A stretch of DNA of 64,000 nucleotides from positions 155,575 to 219,574 of the forward strand of contig CAZCYO010000003.1 of NCBI GenBank assembly GCA_964503265.1. The letters are read 5' to 3'. Shown in pieces: positions 44,474-55,040 of the stretch; position 1 is the first letter of the stretch, and the number at the start of each line of letters is the position of its first letter. The position numbers were made by a program, and so were the translations under genes. The notes under the pieces were generated by a model, which worked only from the letters and a program-made list of their open reading frames with translations, had not been told where the DNA came from and did no database searches. Origin of the DNA: an uncultured Gammaproteobacteria bacterium. Its GTDB lineage: Bacteria; Patescibacteriota; Microgenomatia; Levybacterales; UBA12049.

Positions 44474-45898
44474 CTATATGCGCGGAAATAATGAATTTTG
44501 GGTAATAATTTCTGGTCCTCTGAATTGTGTTTCAATCTTATTTGCAACTTCTGGCATAAATGGTTTGAGGTTATATGCAATTCGTTGAATTTGGTGAATT
44601 ATATTTGTGAGAACTGGTGTTGCATCAACTTTCGAAAGCTTCCACGGCTTACTATCATTTAGCTCTATATCAAGTTTTGTGATTTCTTTCCAGATACTTT
44701 CTAGTGCGACATGAAATTTAAATTCAGTCAGTGCTGATGTTACTTCAGGAAACAGTATTTGTTCTGACTGAGTCTGGATCGATACTTCGTTATTCTGGGC
44801 GAGTTTAGCAACACGTGCTATGAGGTTTCCAAGACCATTTGCTAAATCTGAGTTAAATACTTCTTTTAATCTCTCCTCTGAGAAATCACCATCTGAGAAG
44901 GGAGAAAATTTAGCAAGACAATAATATCTGACTGCATCTGCTCCGTATTTTTCGATGAGATCAACTGGGTTAATGACATTTCCAATGGTTTTAGACATTT
45001 TCTGTCCGTCAACTGTGAAATACTCATGGACAAAAAGCTTTTTAGGAAGTGGGAGTCCAGCAGACATAAGAATTGCTGGCCAGTAAACAGCATGAAACCT
45101 GATAATTCCTTTTCCTATGACATGAAGATCTGCTGGCCACCACTTTTTATAGTTTTCTTCATCCCAGCCAAATCCGATCGCACTTTGATAGACATTTAAC
45201 GCATCAAACCAGACATAAATTCGTTGTGATTCATCTCCTGGAACTGGAATTCCCCAGTTCTTTGCTCGTTCATTTGAGCGTGAGATACTAAAATCTTGAA
45301 GTCCCGATTTAATAAACGAAATAATTTCATTTTTTCTAAATTCAGGTACAATCTCATATTCATTTGATTCAATAATTTTTAAGAGTTGGTCCTGATAGTT
45401 GGATAACTTAAAGAAGTAATTCTCTTCCTCAACCTCCTGAAGTTTTTTGCCTGGATGTTCTGGACATTCGCCATTTTCGTTTAAATCTTCTGGAGATTTA
45501 AACTCCTCACAGCCGACACAGTAAAGACCTTTATATGATTTTTTATAGATATCATCATGTTTAGCACAAAGTTCCCATAATTTCTGACTTGCCGGATAAT
45601 GTTTTTCCTGATCACTTGTCTTTTGAAAGATATCAAATTCAATATTTAGTTTTTTTGCCACATCTGAGAATGCAAGTGCATATTTATCTACAAGTTCTTG
45701 CACTGGGATCCCTTCTGCCTCTGCTACTTGTGCATTTTTTAACGCATTCTCGTCAGATCCACAAACATAGACCACGTCATCTCCAAGTAGTTTATGAAAT
45801 CTGGCGATCGTATCTGACTGAATGAATTCAAGTGCATGTCCGATGTGCGGAACAGCATTAACATATGGAATAGCGTTAGTAATGTAATATTTGCTCAT
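44474..45898 (-). CDS. metG: Methionyl-tRNA synthetase (short form without C-terminal tRNA-binding domain)
   Basis: The HIGH motif (AIPYVNAVPHIGHALE), zinc-knuckle Cys residues (CVGCEEF...CPEHPG) and KMSKTIGN. Confidence 0.95.
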   Translation of the reverse strand: MSKYYITNAIPYVNAVPHIGHALEFIQSDTIARFHKLLGDDVVYVCGSDENALKNAQVAEAEGIPVQELVDKYALAFSDVAKKLNIEFDIFQKTSDQEKHYPASQKLWELCAKHDDIYKKSYKGLYCVGCEEFKSPEDLNENGECPEHPGKKLQEVEEENYFFKLSNYQDQLLKIIESNEYEIVPEFRKNEIISFIKSGLQDFSISRSNERAKNWGIPVPGDESQRIYVWFDALNVYQSAIGFGWDEENYKKWWPADLHVIGKGIIRFHAVYWPAILMSAGLPLPKKLFVHEYFTVDGQKMSKTIGNVINPVDLIEKYGADAVRYYCLAKFSPFSDGDFSEERLKEVFNSDLANGLGNLIARVAKLAQNNEVSIQTQSEQILFPEVTSALTEFKFHVALESIWKEITKLDIELNDSKPWKLSKVDATPVLTNIIHQIQRIAYNLKPFMPEVANKIETQFRGPEIITQNSLFPRI

Positions 45899-45944
45899 AG
45901 TGTGAAGATTGTATCAAATAGGGGGCGTAGTTCCAAGCTCGGGG

Positions 45945-46283
45945 TTATTGTTTTCGAGATGTAATCATGATTTCCAGAACAATAAATAACGCGAGGAGTA
46001 ATATTAAGAAAATTGGACTCCTCAGGTAATTTAGTCTTAAAAGGAAGAATGTAACAGTAAATGAGCTTATCAAAATTCCATGAATAGCATTTTTCATTAT
46101 AATCCCACTGATAAAATAGGTAGAGATAAATAAGGTAAACAAAAATAGGTAGAGAGAAGGAATGTGAATCATCCAAATTTGAAAAGGGGTATGTGGAGAT
46201 TTAAATAGTAGGATACTCACACATGAAATGGTTGAGAGAATAGTTGCGACGCCATAAATAATTCGTTTTCTTTTTCGTTCCAT
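45945..46283 (-). CDS. Hypothetical membrane protein
   Basis: Three TM helices. It is preferred over the overlapping 45895..46176 ORF, which has odd composition. Confidence 0.35.
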   Translation of the reverse strand: MERKRKRIIYGVATILSTISCVSILLFKSPHTPFQIWMIHIPSLYLFLFTLFISTYFISGIIMKNAIHGILISSFTVTFFLLRLNYLRSPIFLILLLALFIVLEIMITSRKQ

Positions 46284-46316
46284 AAAGTAACTGTAGCAAA
46301 AAATACATCTGAGATC

Positions 46317-46353
46317 TTGACATTTTTTGGCAGTCTTGTTATTATATTGCTAA
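46317..46353 (+). promoter_or_regulatory. hrcA promoter (TTGACA-17-TATTAT) overlapping a degenerate CIRCE-like inverted repeat
   Basis: -35 TTGACA at 46317..46322, a 17-nt spacer and -10 TATTAT at 46340..46345. The element TTGGCAGTC-N9-TATTGCTAA at 46327..46353 resembles CIRCE (TTAGCACTC-N9-GAGTGCTAA) in its outer TTAGCA/TGCTAA arms. Confidence 0.5.
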
Positions 46354-46368
46354 TCGTGTTCATTAACC

Positions 46369-47100
46369 ATGATGCATAATCTAACACAACGTCAAATCGA
46401 AATTTTAAAAAGTGTCATCGAGGAATATATCGACACTGCTGAGCCTGTCGGATCAGAAACAATTGAGAAGAAGCATAACCTCAGTGCCTCTCCTGCGACT
46501 ATCCGAAACGAGATGGTTCACTTATCAAAGCTTGGTTATTTACAAAAGCCTCATTCTTCTGCTGGGAGAATCCCCACATCAGGAGGGATGAAATTTTATG
46601 TTAAAGAGTTAATGAAAGAGAAAGAGCTTTCAACGGCTGAAGAAGTTGCTTTAAAAGAAGGTGTTTGGGATTACAGGGAGCAAACACAAAAATTCTTAAA
46701 AGAAATTACAAAAGTACTTGCTGAAAAAACGAAAACACTTGCCATTGTTACTACAACTGAAGGAGAGATTATCTGTTCTGGATATGCAAATATTTTAGAT
46801 ATGCCTGAATTCTATGATATTGATATTACCAAGTCGTTATTAACTGCACTTGATGAATATGAATATTTCATGAATTTATTTCATCTTCCACGTGGAGAGG
46901 GAGATGTTCATGTCATAGTAGGCGATGATTTTACAGCGCCACTCCAAGGTCCATATGGAATTGTTTTTACAGACTATAATACTGGTACAAATCAAGGCCA
47001 AATTGGTGTAATCGGGCCTGTTCGATTACAATATACATCAATTATCCCGACATTACGCTATGTGAGTCATTTGATTCAGGATACAGCAAAAGGATGGTAA
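46369..47100 (+). CDS. hrcA: Heat-inducible transcription repressor HrcA (short, 243 aa)
   Basis: LTQRQIEILKSVIEEYIDTAEPVGSETI...ATIRNEMVHLSKLGYLQKPHSSAGRIPT is the HrcA winged-helix N-terminus. It is the first gene of the hrcA-grpE-dnaK-dnaJ operon. Confidence 0.9.
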   Translation: MMHNLTQRQIEILKSVIEEYIDTAEPVGSETIEKKHNLSASPATIRNEMVHLSKLGYLQKPHSSAGRIPTSGGMKFYVKELMKEKELSTAEEVALKEGVWDYREQTQKFLKEITKVLAEKTKTLAIVTTTEGEIICSGYANILDMPEFYDIDITKSLLTALDEYEYFMNLFHLPRGEGDVHVIVGDDFTAPLQGPYGIVFTDYNTGTNQGQIGVIGPVRLQYTSIIPTLRYVSHLIQDTAKGW

Positions 47101-47116
47101 GAGGGATATACTAAAT

Positions 47117-47608
47117 ATGAATGACGATAATAAAAAAGTAACAGAAGAAAAAGTTGAATCTGAAGCGAATGAAGAGATCACACAGCTTGAAGAGAAAAAT
47201 GTTGAACTGGAAAATAAATATCGCCGTGCGCTTGCTGATTATCAAAATCTAGAAAAAAGAGTCCGAGAAGAGCGAAGTGAATGGATCAAAAGTGCAAATC
47301 AACAATTATTGTTACGACTACTTCCAGCGCTTGATACAGTAATGCTTGCCGCACAACATACTGAAGACAAAGGAATTAAGGCAACAGTTGATCATTTTTT
47401 GAGTACACTAGCAGCAGAAGGTATTGAAAAAATAGATACAACTGATAAAGAATTTGATCCAAGTACCATGGAAGTGATTCAAACAATGGATGGTAAAGAA
47501 GGAAAAGTACTTCAAGAAGTACGTGCAGGTTACACATTATACGGAAAATTGCTACGGCCAGCACAAGTGATTGTCGGCCAGGAACAAAAAGAAGAAAGTA
47601 GTAATTGA
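47117..47608 (+). CDS. grpE: Nucleotide exchange factor GrpE
   Basis: A coiled-coil N-terminus (NKYRRALADYQNLEKRVREE) and a C-terminal beta domain (GKVLQEVRAGYTLYGKLLRPAQVIV). Confidence 0.9.
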   Translation: MNDDNKKVTEEKVESEANEEITQLEEKNVELENKYRRALADYQNLEKRVREERSEWIKSANQQLLLRLLPALDTVMLAAQHTEDKGIKATVDHFLSTLAAEGIEKIDTTDKEFDPSTMEVIQTMDGKEGKVLQEVRAGYTLYGKLLRPAQVIVGQEQKEESSN

Positions 47609-47672
47609 TTTGTGCCTAATAATCTGTAATAATAGATTAATAGACATGAGTTAATCACACTCAAAAAAATAT

Positions 47673-49568
47673 ATGGCAAAAATAATTGGTATTGATTTAG
47701 GAACAACAAATTCATGTGTCGCTGTCATGGAAGGTGGATCACCAAAAGTAATCCATTCTGCTGAAGGTAGAAATACTATCCCTTCAGTGGTTGACCCGAT
47801 TTCGCATGTTGTTGGAGATGTTGCAAAACGACAGATGGTGTTAAAGCCAAAGAGAACAATCTTCTCTGTTAAACGCCTTATGGGTCACAAGTTGCATGAT
47901 GAATCTGTTCAGTATGACATGAAATGGCTTCCATACACAGTTAAAGCAGGTCGTGATGACATGGCTGTGGTTGAAGTTGAAGGAAAAGAATTTACTCCTC
48001 AGGAAATCTCCGCACAAATATTACAGAAAATTAAAGCAGATGCCGAAAGCTATCTTGGTGAAAAAGTTACACAGGCAGTTATTACTGTTCCAGCGTATTT
48101 CGATGACAGTCAGCGTCAAGCAACGAAACAAGCTGGGGAAATTGCTGGACTTGAAGTTCTTCGTATTATCAATGAGCCAACTGCTGCAGCACTCGCATAT
48201 GGACTTGATCGAAAAGAATCTCATACGATTGCTGTGTATGATTTAGGTGGAGGAACCTTTGATATTTCTATTCTTGAACTAGGTGAAGGTGTTACAGAAG
48301 TAAAATCAACAAATGGTGATACACACTTAGGTGGGGATGACTTTGATCAGGTAATAATTGATTTTCTCGCTGATGAATTCAAAAAAGAACACAACATCGA
48401 TCTTCGAAAAGACTCTCAAGCACTGCAACGACTTAAAGAATCAGCAGAAAAAGCGAAGATTGAACTATCAAGTAGTCAAGAAGCTCAGATAAATCAGCCA
48501 TTTATTACTCAGGGAGCTGATGGTCCCCTTCACTTAACTATGTCGCTTTCTCGTTCAAAACTTGAAAGTTTAGTTGACGATCTTATTCAAAAAACGCTAA
48601 AGCCTGTAGAAAAAGCGTTAGCTGATGCCGGAATGAAAGCATCTGAAATTGGTGAGGTAGTCCTCGTTGGTGGGATGACCAGAATGCCAAAAATTGTTGA
48701 AACAGTCACGAAATTCTTTGGGAAAGAACCAAATAAATCTGTAAACCCAGATGAAGTTGTTGCAATTGGTGCAGCTGTTCAAGGTGGAGTTTTAGCAGGA
48801 GATGTAAAAGATGTATTGCTTCTTGATGTCACACCATTGACACTTGGAATTGAAACCATGGGAAGTGTCTCTACGCCTCTTATTAATCGAAACAGTACAA
48901 TCCCAACGTCTAAATCACAAGTATTTTCTACAGCAGCTGATAATCAAACGCAGGTAGAAATTAATGTTCTACAGGGTGAGCGTCCAATGGCAGCAGACAA
49001 TAAATCACTTGGTCGATTCGTCCTTGATGGTATTCCACCAGCACCTCGAGGTGTACCACAAGTTGAAGTCACATTTGATATTGATGCAAGTGGGATTCTC
49101 TCAGTTAAAGCACAAGATAAAGCAAGTGGAAAAGAACAAAGCATTAAAATTACTGGAAGTACTGGTCTTTCTAAAGAAGAAGTCGAGAAAATGACGAAAG
49201 AAGCAGAGATTCATGCTCAAGAAGATGCTGTGAAGAAGGAAAAGATTGAAGCAAAAAACGCAGCAGATTCTCTTATATTTACTGCTGAGAAATCACTGAA
49301 AGATGCTGGAGATAAGGTATCAGCAGAACTTAAAAGCGAAGTTGAAGAAAAAATAAAAGCACTTAAAGATATTCTTGATAGTGGTACAAAAGAAGATCTT
49401 GAAGCAAAAACATCAGAATTATCTGACTCACTACAAAAAGTAGGTCAAGCAATGTCTCAAAATCCATCCCAAGAAGCGCCAAAAGATTCTGAGCAAAAAG
49501 AAGAAACCAAAGATACAACTGGTAACGAAAAGAAAACGGATGCAGAAGAAGGGGAAGTCGTAGGATAA
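47673..49568 (+). CDS. dnaK: Molecular chaperone DnaK (Hsp70)
   Basis: [32 protein letters not shown] and a full substrate-binding domain and lid. Confidence 0.98.
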   Translation: MAKIIGIDLGTTNSCVAVMEGGSPKVIHSAEGRNTIPSVVDPISHVVGDVAKRQMVLKPKRTIFSVKRLMGHKLHDESVQYDMKWLPYTVKAGRDDMAVVEVEGKEFTPQEISAQILQKIKADAESYLGEKVTQAVITVPAYFDDSQRQATKQAGEIAGLEVLRIINEPTAAALAYGLDRKESHTIAVYDLGGGTFDISILELGEGVTEVKSTNGDTHLGGDDFDQVIIDFLADEFKKEHNIDLRKDSQALQRLKESAEKAKIELSSSQEAQINQPFITQGADGPLHLTMSLSRSKLESLVDDLIQKTLKPVEKALADAGMKASEIGEVVLVGGMTRMPKIVETVTKFFGKEPNKSVNPDEVVAIGAAVQGGVLAGDVKDVLLLDVTPLTLGIETMGSVSTPLINRNSTIPTSKSQVFSTAADNQTQVEINVLQGERPMAADNKSLGRFVLDGIPPAPRGVPQVEVTFDIDASGILSVKAQDKASGKEQSIKITGSTGLSKEEVEKMTKEAEIHAQEDAVKKEKIEAKNAADSLIFTAEKSLKDAGDKVSAELKSEVEEKIKALKDILDSGTKEDLEAKTSELSDSLQKVGQAMSQNPSQEAPKDSEQKEETKDTTGNEKKTDAEEGEVVG

Positions 49569-49603
49569 ACGTTTAGTCATTAGCGTTTAGCGTATCGATA
49601 TTT

Positions 49604-49625
49604 AGCGCGAAAGCGCTTTTTTTAT
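49604..49625 (+). terminator. Rho-independent terminator after dnaK
   Basis: The AGCGC-GAAA-GCGCT hairpin is followed by TTTTTTT. Confidence 0.7.
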
Positions 49626-49650
49626 ATTTTAAAAAAATAATATACCAAAT

Positions 49651-50520
49651 ATGGCAACAAATACTGATTATTATCAATTACTAGGAGTTTCAAAAACTGC
49701 GACTGCTGATGAACTTAAAAAAGCATATCGTAAATTAGCATTGCAGTATCACCCTGATAAAAATAAAACGAAAGAGGGAGAAGCTAAATTTAAAGAAATT
49801 AACAATGCATATGAAGTGCTTTCAGATCCTCAGAAACGTCAAACATATGACTCTGTAGGACATTCTGCATATGAACAAGGCGGTGGTGGTAATCCTTTTA
49901 GTGGGGGACAAAATGGCCCATTTTCCTATACGTATACGAACGGTGGTGGAGCACAAGGGTTTGATTTTGGTGGATTTTCTGATCCTTTTGATATCTTCGA
50001 ACAATTTTTTGGTGGAGCATCTCCATTTGGAAGACAGACGAGACGGCAGGTTTACTCTATTACTATTTCGTTTGCTGATGCGGTTCATGGTGCTCAAAAG
50101 GAAGTTACGATCGATAATAAAAAAACAAAACTTAAAATCCCACCAGGTGTTGATCGTGGATCTCGAATTCGATTTAACGATTATGACGTTGTCATTGATG
50201 TGATTCCAGATAAGAAATTTCATAGAGAAGGTGCGGATATCGTGACAGATAAAGAAGTATCATTTGCGCAGGCAGTTATTGGAGTAGAAGCAGAAGTAGA
50301 GACGATTCATGGGATGGTAAAGATTAGAATACCAGCTGGAACACAGCCAGACACATTAATTCGTCTTTCTGGAAAAGGAATTTCACGGTTACAGGGTAGT
50401 GGTAAAGGTGATCATTATGTGCGTGTTCGAATTGTTATTCCAAAGTCAATTTCTAAAAAACAAAAAGAATTGCTCGAAGCATTTGAAAAAGAAAGTACGA
50501 CTAAAAAAAGTTGGTTTTAG
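49651..50520 (+). CDS. dnaJ: J-domain co-chaperone, DnaJ type II (CbpA-like; no CxxCxGxG zinc-finger repeats)
   Basis: A J domain with HPD ([33 protein letters not shown]), a Gly/Phe-rich region, then CTD I/II directly. No Cys-rich insert. Confidence 0.85.
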   Translation: MATNTDYYQLLGVSKTATADELKKAYRKLALQYHPDKNKTKEGEAKFKEINNAYEVLSDPQKRQTYDSVGHSAYEQGGGGNPFSGGQNGPFSYTYTNGGGAQGFDFGGFSDPFDIFEQFFGGASPFGRQTRRQVYSITISFADAVHGAQKEVTIDNKKTKLKIPPGVDRGSRIRFNDYDVVIDVIPDKKFHREGADIVTDKEVSFAQAVIGVEAEVETIHGMVKIRIPAGTQPDTLIRLSGKGISRLQGSGKGDHYVRVRIVIPKSISKKQKELLEAFEKESTTKKSWF

Positions 50521-50577
50521 CCTCTAATTTTCTCCTCTCCGCTAGTATTTACAACGCAAATATACTACTATTATTAT

Positions 50578-50874
50578 ATGGCGCTTTGTACACCAACTGA
50601 AACACAAACAGAATTAGGATGCCTTCCCAATGATCCAGTTCAATTTATTGCTAAATTCTACAGTATTGGTTTGGGATTAATTGGAGGAGTCGGAATCCTT
50701 TTCATTATTTATGGTGGATATCTTATTATCACCTCTCAGGGAAATCCACTGAAACTTCAGCAAGGACAAGGGTATGTAAAATATGCAATTATTGGCATTC
50801 TGCTTGCAATTTTCGGATACGTGTTAGTACAAGTGATCATTGGTGATGTATTACAAATTCCTGGTTTTGGCTAA
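50578..50874 (+). CDS. Small two-helix membrane protein, VirB2/TrbC pilin-like topology (putative)
   Basis: A 98-aa protein. A polar N-terminus with 2 Cys, a hydrophobic helix 1 (IAKFYSIGLGLIGGVGILFIIYGGYLIITS), a short polar loop (QGNPLKLQQGQGY) and a hydrophobic helix 2 (AIIGILLAIFGYVLVQVIIG). Its stop is 2 nt before the next ATG. Confidence 0.45.
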   Translation: MALCTPTETQTELGCLPNDPVQFIAKFYSIGLGLIGGVGILFIIYGGYLIITSQGNPLKLQQGQGYVKYAIIGILLAIFGYVLVQVIIGDVLQIPGFG

Positions 50875-50876
50875 CT

Positions 50877-53800
50877 ATGAAAGTATTCCTGCCCTTTATT
50901 ATCATAGCATCTGTTCTTCTTGTTGTTCTGTCTCCTGGTGTTCAAAAATTGAATAGTACTGCAAATGCTCAAACTCCACCTGCAACTCCTTCTGTCTCCC
51001 CTTCACCAACATCTATCCCAGCAGGGGGTGGACTGGGCGTTCAGGATGCTGGCGCTCCTGATGGAACATGGGTGAAAGATCCCGATGTCACATTCGTTGG
51101 TAAAACAGCTGCACGTGCAGGTTCATTTCTTGATTGGTCACTCGCAAACTATAACTGGGTTTCCATAGGAGCAAATGATCCTAATCCGCTTGTTGATTTC
51201 TGGAGAAGCGTTCGAAATATTGTATACTCTTTCTTTTCGATTTTCGTACTTATCACCGCTTTCGTGATTATGATTACTCGAGGGAAAAATATAACTGTCA
51301 TGCGGTTTATTCCTCGTTTTATAGGCATAATTTTGCTTGTTACGTTCTCATTTGCACTCGTGCAGTTTCTGTATCAAGTTTTTGATATTATCCAAGGATT
51401 TTTTCTACGAAACCCTGAGTGTTATATCCCAAATCAACCTATGCCAGATTTTTGTACATCCGTCGGAGATAAAATCTCACAAGCAAACTTACTAAATATC
51501 GGATTTAACTATGCTGATTTTACTGGGTATAGACAGCTCGGGATGGGAAATGATGAATCAGCCATCATTACACTTCTTTTAACGAAGCTAACAGCAGTTA
51601 CCTATTATGTGATGGTTGGGGTGCTTATTGTCCGAAAAATAATTTTATGGTTTTTCATTATTATTTCTCCGATTTTTCCATTGCTACTACTCTATCGACC
51701 AGTTCGTAACACTGGGAAAATTTGGGTTGGGGAATTTTTCCGTTGGCTTTTGTATGCACCACTTTTTTCCGTGCTTCTTGCAGGACTGGTATCTCTTTGG
51801 AGAGCCGGCATTCCATTATTTCAATACGATGCCACTACAGGAGATATTATTTCTAAAGCAGTCGTTGATGGTGATAAGCAAGTCGTAGGTATTAATATGA
51901 TATACCCGACAGCAATAAATATTCTACTTGGAGGGCCTAAAGCAAATATCTCTCTTCAGAATAGTATTAATCTGCCTGAAACATTTGCGTTATATGTCAT
52001 TTGTTTGATTATGCTTTGGGTTGTCATTATTTTGCCCTTTATTCTTCTTCGAATATTTCTTGATTATGCTTTTTCAGTATCACTTGCTGAGAATAATTCT
52101 ATTAAACAAGTTATGTCCATGGCGAATTCATTTATTAATAAACCTCCATCTCCAACGTCTCCTGTTGGCCCTCAAACCCCACCTGCTGGTGCCGGACTTG
52201 CACGAGCACTCCCTTTTACTAAGCGCTTTACTGTTCCCGAAGGTGTTGCACGTACAATTTCACAAAGTAACGAAAGAAGTAGTAGTATCTCAAGAAATGC
52301 AGCAACAAGCACAAACACGAATACAAATACAAATACGTTTACCTCACGTATTGCTGAGAAACTAACTAACCGTACCCAAAGTAGATCTGTTAAAGAAACA
52401 TCTGAAATAACAAAATTAACTAACCTCTCTGTTCCAACAATGCGTGATATCGCTAAATATGAAACAGCACAATTGTCATCGAGTACTACGCAACGAAGTG
52501 AGGTAACTCAAGTTAATCAATCATTACAAAAAATTGCTAATCCAACACAAACTGCTACTCCAATTGAACGAGAAAGATATGTTCAAGTTCGAGAGAAATT
52601 AGTGACAGAAAGCCAGAAAGGAAATGTGCTTGCTACAACTATTCTGAACGCTGCAAATACTGTCTCTCACTCAAATATATCAAATCAAGCAGTTCATACC
52701 AACACAGCGGTTAAAACAGTGTTTAAACAGCTTGCAAATCCTGAACGAATTGCGAACCCAACGGAGCGTGATCAATATACACAAGTAAAAGGGAAAATTG
52801 AATCAGAAAACCAAAGCGGAAATCAGGTGGCTGCATCACTTTTGGCATATATTAATAATTTATCTGAAAACACCCTTGCATCGACGCAGAACATATCAGT
52901 CGATCATGTTCAGAAGTTTCTTAAGAATATATCCTCTCCAATTTCTATCACGGATAATACGACAAAAAATACCTACATGCAGCTTCGTGATCAGTTGCAA
53001 ACACAGAGTAAACAAGGAAATACGCTCGCTACAACTATTCTAAACCTTAGTTCTTCGACTAGCACTGCGAATCCAGATCAACTAACTGCTCTTAAAGACC
53101 AACTTGCGACAGCGCAAAAATCTGGTGATCCAATCGCTTCAAGCGTCCTCTCTACAGTTCAGAAAGAAGTAGGAGATGTAGATATTGATCAAGTAAGAGA
53201 GAAACTGGTACAAGCAAAAGCAAAAGGCGATAAAGTTGCTACAGTCTTACTTTCACTTGTCGATGCAAAACAACAAACAAATAAAACTACGACCGCATCA
53301 CCGTCTCTTCCAGTTGTAAATCGTCTTCAGACTGTGAGTCTTGATGATTATGAGGCTGTAAAGAAGACATGGAGAGAGAGTTATAAAGATGTCGATGTTC
53401 CTCAGAAACTCAATAAAGTTCAGTCACGTAAAGAATGGATTCAGAGTGATATCACTCAAATTAGTGGTACGATAAACCTTCTTTCATCACCTGATGCTGA
53501 AAAAAGAGCAGAAGGTATGAAAGAAGTTTCAGGGATATTGCCGTTCTTATTAATTGGAGGATTTTCTCAGACAGAAATTATCGCCTATCTTAAAGCAAAA
53601 CTCCAAGCAGCTAAAGATGTTTCAAGTGATATTGAAGAAAAAGACCAAGAAGAAGGTTCACTTGTTACTACTGAACGAAAAGCGACAGTTCAACCTCAAG
53701 TGATGCATATGACGACAGAGGCTAAAATGCCTGAAATAAAGACTAGCAGTGAGAAAAACGATCCGACTGATGACGAAATGTCATCACCACTGGAAACAGT

Positions 53801-55028
53801 TATGAGAAACAACAACGCTATACAGCCTACAATGACTACTCTACCAGTAACAAGTTCGATGAGTACGATGCCGGTAAATACTGCACCTAGTAATACTACA
53901 GTTTTGCAGCTCATTAATATTTCGATCCCTACTATGAAAGATATTGCGCGATTTGAGACAAATCACTTCGCTAATAATACTCAGTCAGCACCAGAAGTGG
54001 TAAAAATTCAAGAAACATTGCGTCAGATTTCTCAACCGACAGGTAATCCAGATTTAGCTGTCCAGCAAAAATATGTCGGAATTCGAGAGAAGCTCATTAC
54101 TCAGAGTAATAATGGTGATTCTCTCGCAACATCAATTCTCACAGCAGCAAATGCAATAACTGGAGGTGCAACACCAGTTGAATCACTTACATCATCGGAT
54201 CTTACTCAGGTAATCACTACACTCGCTCATCCTGAAACCATCACTGACCCAGCACAGAAAGAAAAAGTGATCCAACTTAAGGCATCACTCACGCAAGAAA
54301 AAGAACAAGGAAACCCTCTAGCTATACAGATGATGCAAGCTACTGAACAACCACAGTCAGAAGCTACTACCAATGAACTTAAAACGAAGCTGATTACTGC
54401 AAAAACTCAGAATAACCCTGTTGTAACCTCAATTATGTCTCTTATTCCGCCAAAAGGTGCAAGTGTCACACAAGCTGCTTCACCGATAAAATTACCTGAA
54501 ACTAATAGAGTTCAATCCGTAAGTGTTGAAGATTATGAAGCTGTTAAGAAAATATGGCAGGATAGTTACAAAACAGTTGCATTTCCACAAGAAGACGGAA
54601 AAGTTACCGATAGAAAAGATTGGATTGAACAAGATATGCATGAAATCACGGATACTATTGCACTACTGTCTTCTACAGAATCTGAAAAACAACAAGCAGG
54701 AATGAAAAAAGTATCTGAAATTCTGCCGTTCCTATTAATAGGTGGGTTTTCTGAGTCTGAAGTCACAACATATCTTAAAGCAAAACTCGAAGCAGCTAAG
54801 ATGGTTTCCTCAGAGCTTGATGAAAAAGAACAAGAAGAGGGTTCATTACTTGATAGGGAACAAAAGGATGTTGATCAGCCAAAAGCGATGGTAACTGAGG
54901 AAAAAAATGAAATTGAAGTAAAACCTCCTATCACTCAATCTATGCAAACAATTGGTGGGACAATGACCGTTCCTAATAAATCTTCAGTAATACTTGACGA
55001 TCTTAAGCAAAACAGTCAGAATGAGTAA
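50877..55028 (+). CDS. Giant (1383 aa) envelope protein with a polytopic VirB6/TrbL-like membrane block and two ~480-aa tandem repeats
   Basis: A signal/TM segment, then a Pro/Ser linker, then 6 or more TM helices over residues ~110-400. A ~950-aa hydrophilic region follows, built of two divergent repeats. Each starts L(T/Q)N(L/I)S(V/I)PTM(R/K)DIA(K/R)(Y/F)ET and ends ILPFLLIGGFS(Q/E)(T/S)E(I/V)..YLKAKL(Q/E)AAK...EEGSL. Confidence 0.5.
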   Translation: MKVFLPFIIIASVLLVVLSPGVQKLNSTANAQTPPATPSVSPSPTSIPAGGGLGVQDAGAPDGTWVKDPDVTFVGKTAARAGSFLDWSLANYNWVSIGANDPNPLVDFWRSVRNIVYSFFSIFVLITAFVIMITRGKNITVMRFIPRFIGIILLVTFSFALVQFLYQVFDIIQGFFLRNPECYIPNQPMPDFCTSVGDKISQANLLNIGFNYADFTGYRQLGMGNDESAIITLLLTKLTAVTYYVMVGVLIVRKIILWFFIIISPIFPLLLLYRPVRNTGKIWVGEFFRWLLYAPLFSVLLAGLVSLWRAGIPLFQYDATTGDIISKAVVDGDKQVVGINMIYPTAINILLGGPKANISLQNSINLPETFALYVICLIMLWVVIILPFILLRIFLDYAFSVSLAENNSIKQVMSMANSFINKPPSPTSPVGPQTPPAGAGLARALPFTKRFTVPEGVARTISQSNERSSSISRNAATSTNTNTNTNTFTSRIAEKLTNRTQSRSVKETSEITKLTNLSVPTMRDIAKYETAQLSSSTTQRSEVTQVNQSLQKIANPTQTATPIERERYVQVREKLVTESQKGNVLATTILNAANTVSHSNISNQAVHTNTAVKTVFKQLANPERIANPTERDQYTQVKGKIESENQSGNQVAASLLAYINNLSENTLASTQNISVDHVQKFLKNISSPISITDNTTKNTYMQLRDQLQTQSKQGNTLATTILNLSSSTSTANPDQLTALKDQLATAQKSGDPIASSVLSTVQKEVGDVDIDQVREKLVQAKAKGDKVATVLLSLVDAKQQTNKTTTASPSLPVVNRLQTVSLDDYEAVKKTWRESYKDVDVPQKLNKVQSRKEWIQSDITQISGTINLLSSPDAEKRAEGMKEVSGILPFLLIGGFSQTEIIAYLKAKLQAAKDVSSDIEEKDQEEGSLVTTERKATVQPQVMHMTTEAKMPEIKTSSEKNDPTDDEMSSPLETVMRNNNAIQPTMTTLPVTSSMSTMPVNTAPSNTTVLQLINISIPTMKDIARFETNHFANNTQSAPEVVKIQETLRQISQPTGNPDLAVQQKYVGIREKLITQSNNGDSLATSILTAANAITGGATPVESLTSSDLTQVITTLAHPETITDPAQKEKVIQLKASLTQEKEQGNPLAIQMMQATEQPQSEATTNELKTKLITAKTQNNPVVTSIMSLIPPKGASVTQAASPIKLPETNRVQSVSVEDYEAVKKIWQDSYKTVAFPQEDGKVTDRKDWIEQDMHEITDTIALLSSTESEKQQAGMKKVSEILPFLLIGGFSESEVTTYLKAKLEAAKMVSSELDEKEQEEGSLLDREQKDVDQPKAMVTEEKNEIEVKPPITQSMQTIGGTMTVPNKSSVILDDLKQNSQNE

Positions 55029-55040
55029 AGATGATATAAG

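Noticed and set aside
45895-46176. 93-aa minus-strand ORF overlapping 45945..46283
   Set aside because: It is a different frame over the same DNA. It has Tyr/Phe/Asn-rich low-complexity composition without TM segments, and the overlapping membrane-protein frame is the more plausible one.
46327-46353. Calling the hrcA operator a canonical CIRCE
   Set aside because: Only the outer TTGGCA / TGCTAA arms match the TTAGCACTC-N9-GAGTGCTAA consensus. It is reported as CIRCE-like rather than CIRCE.
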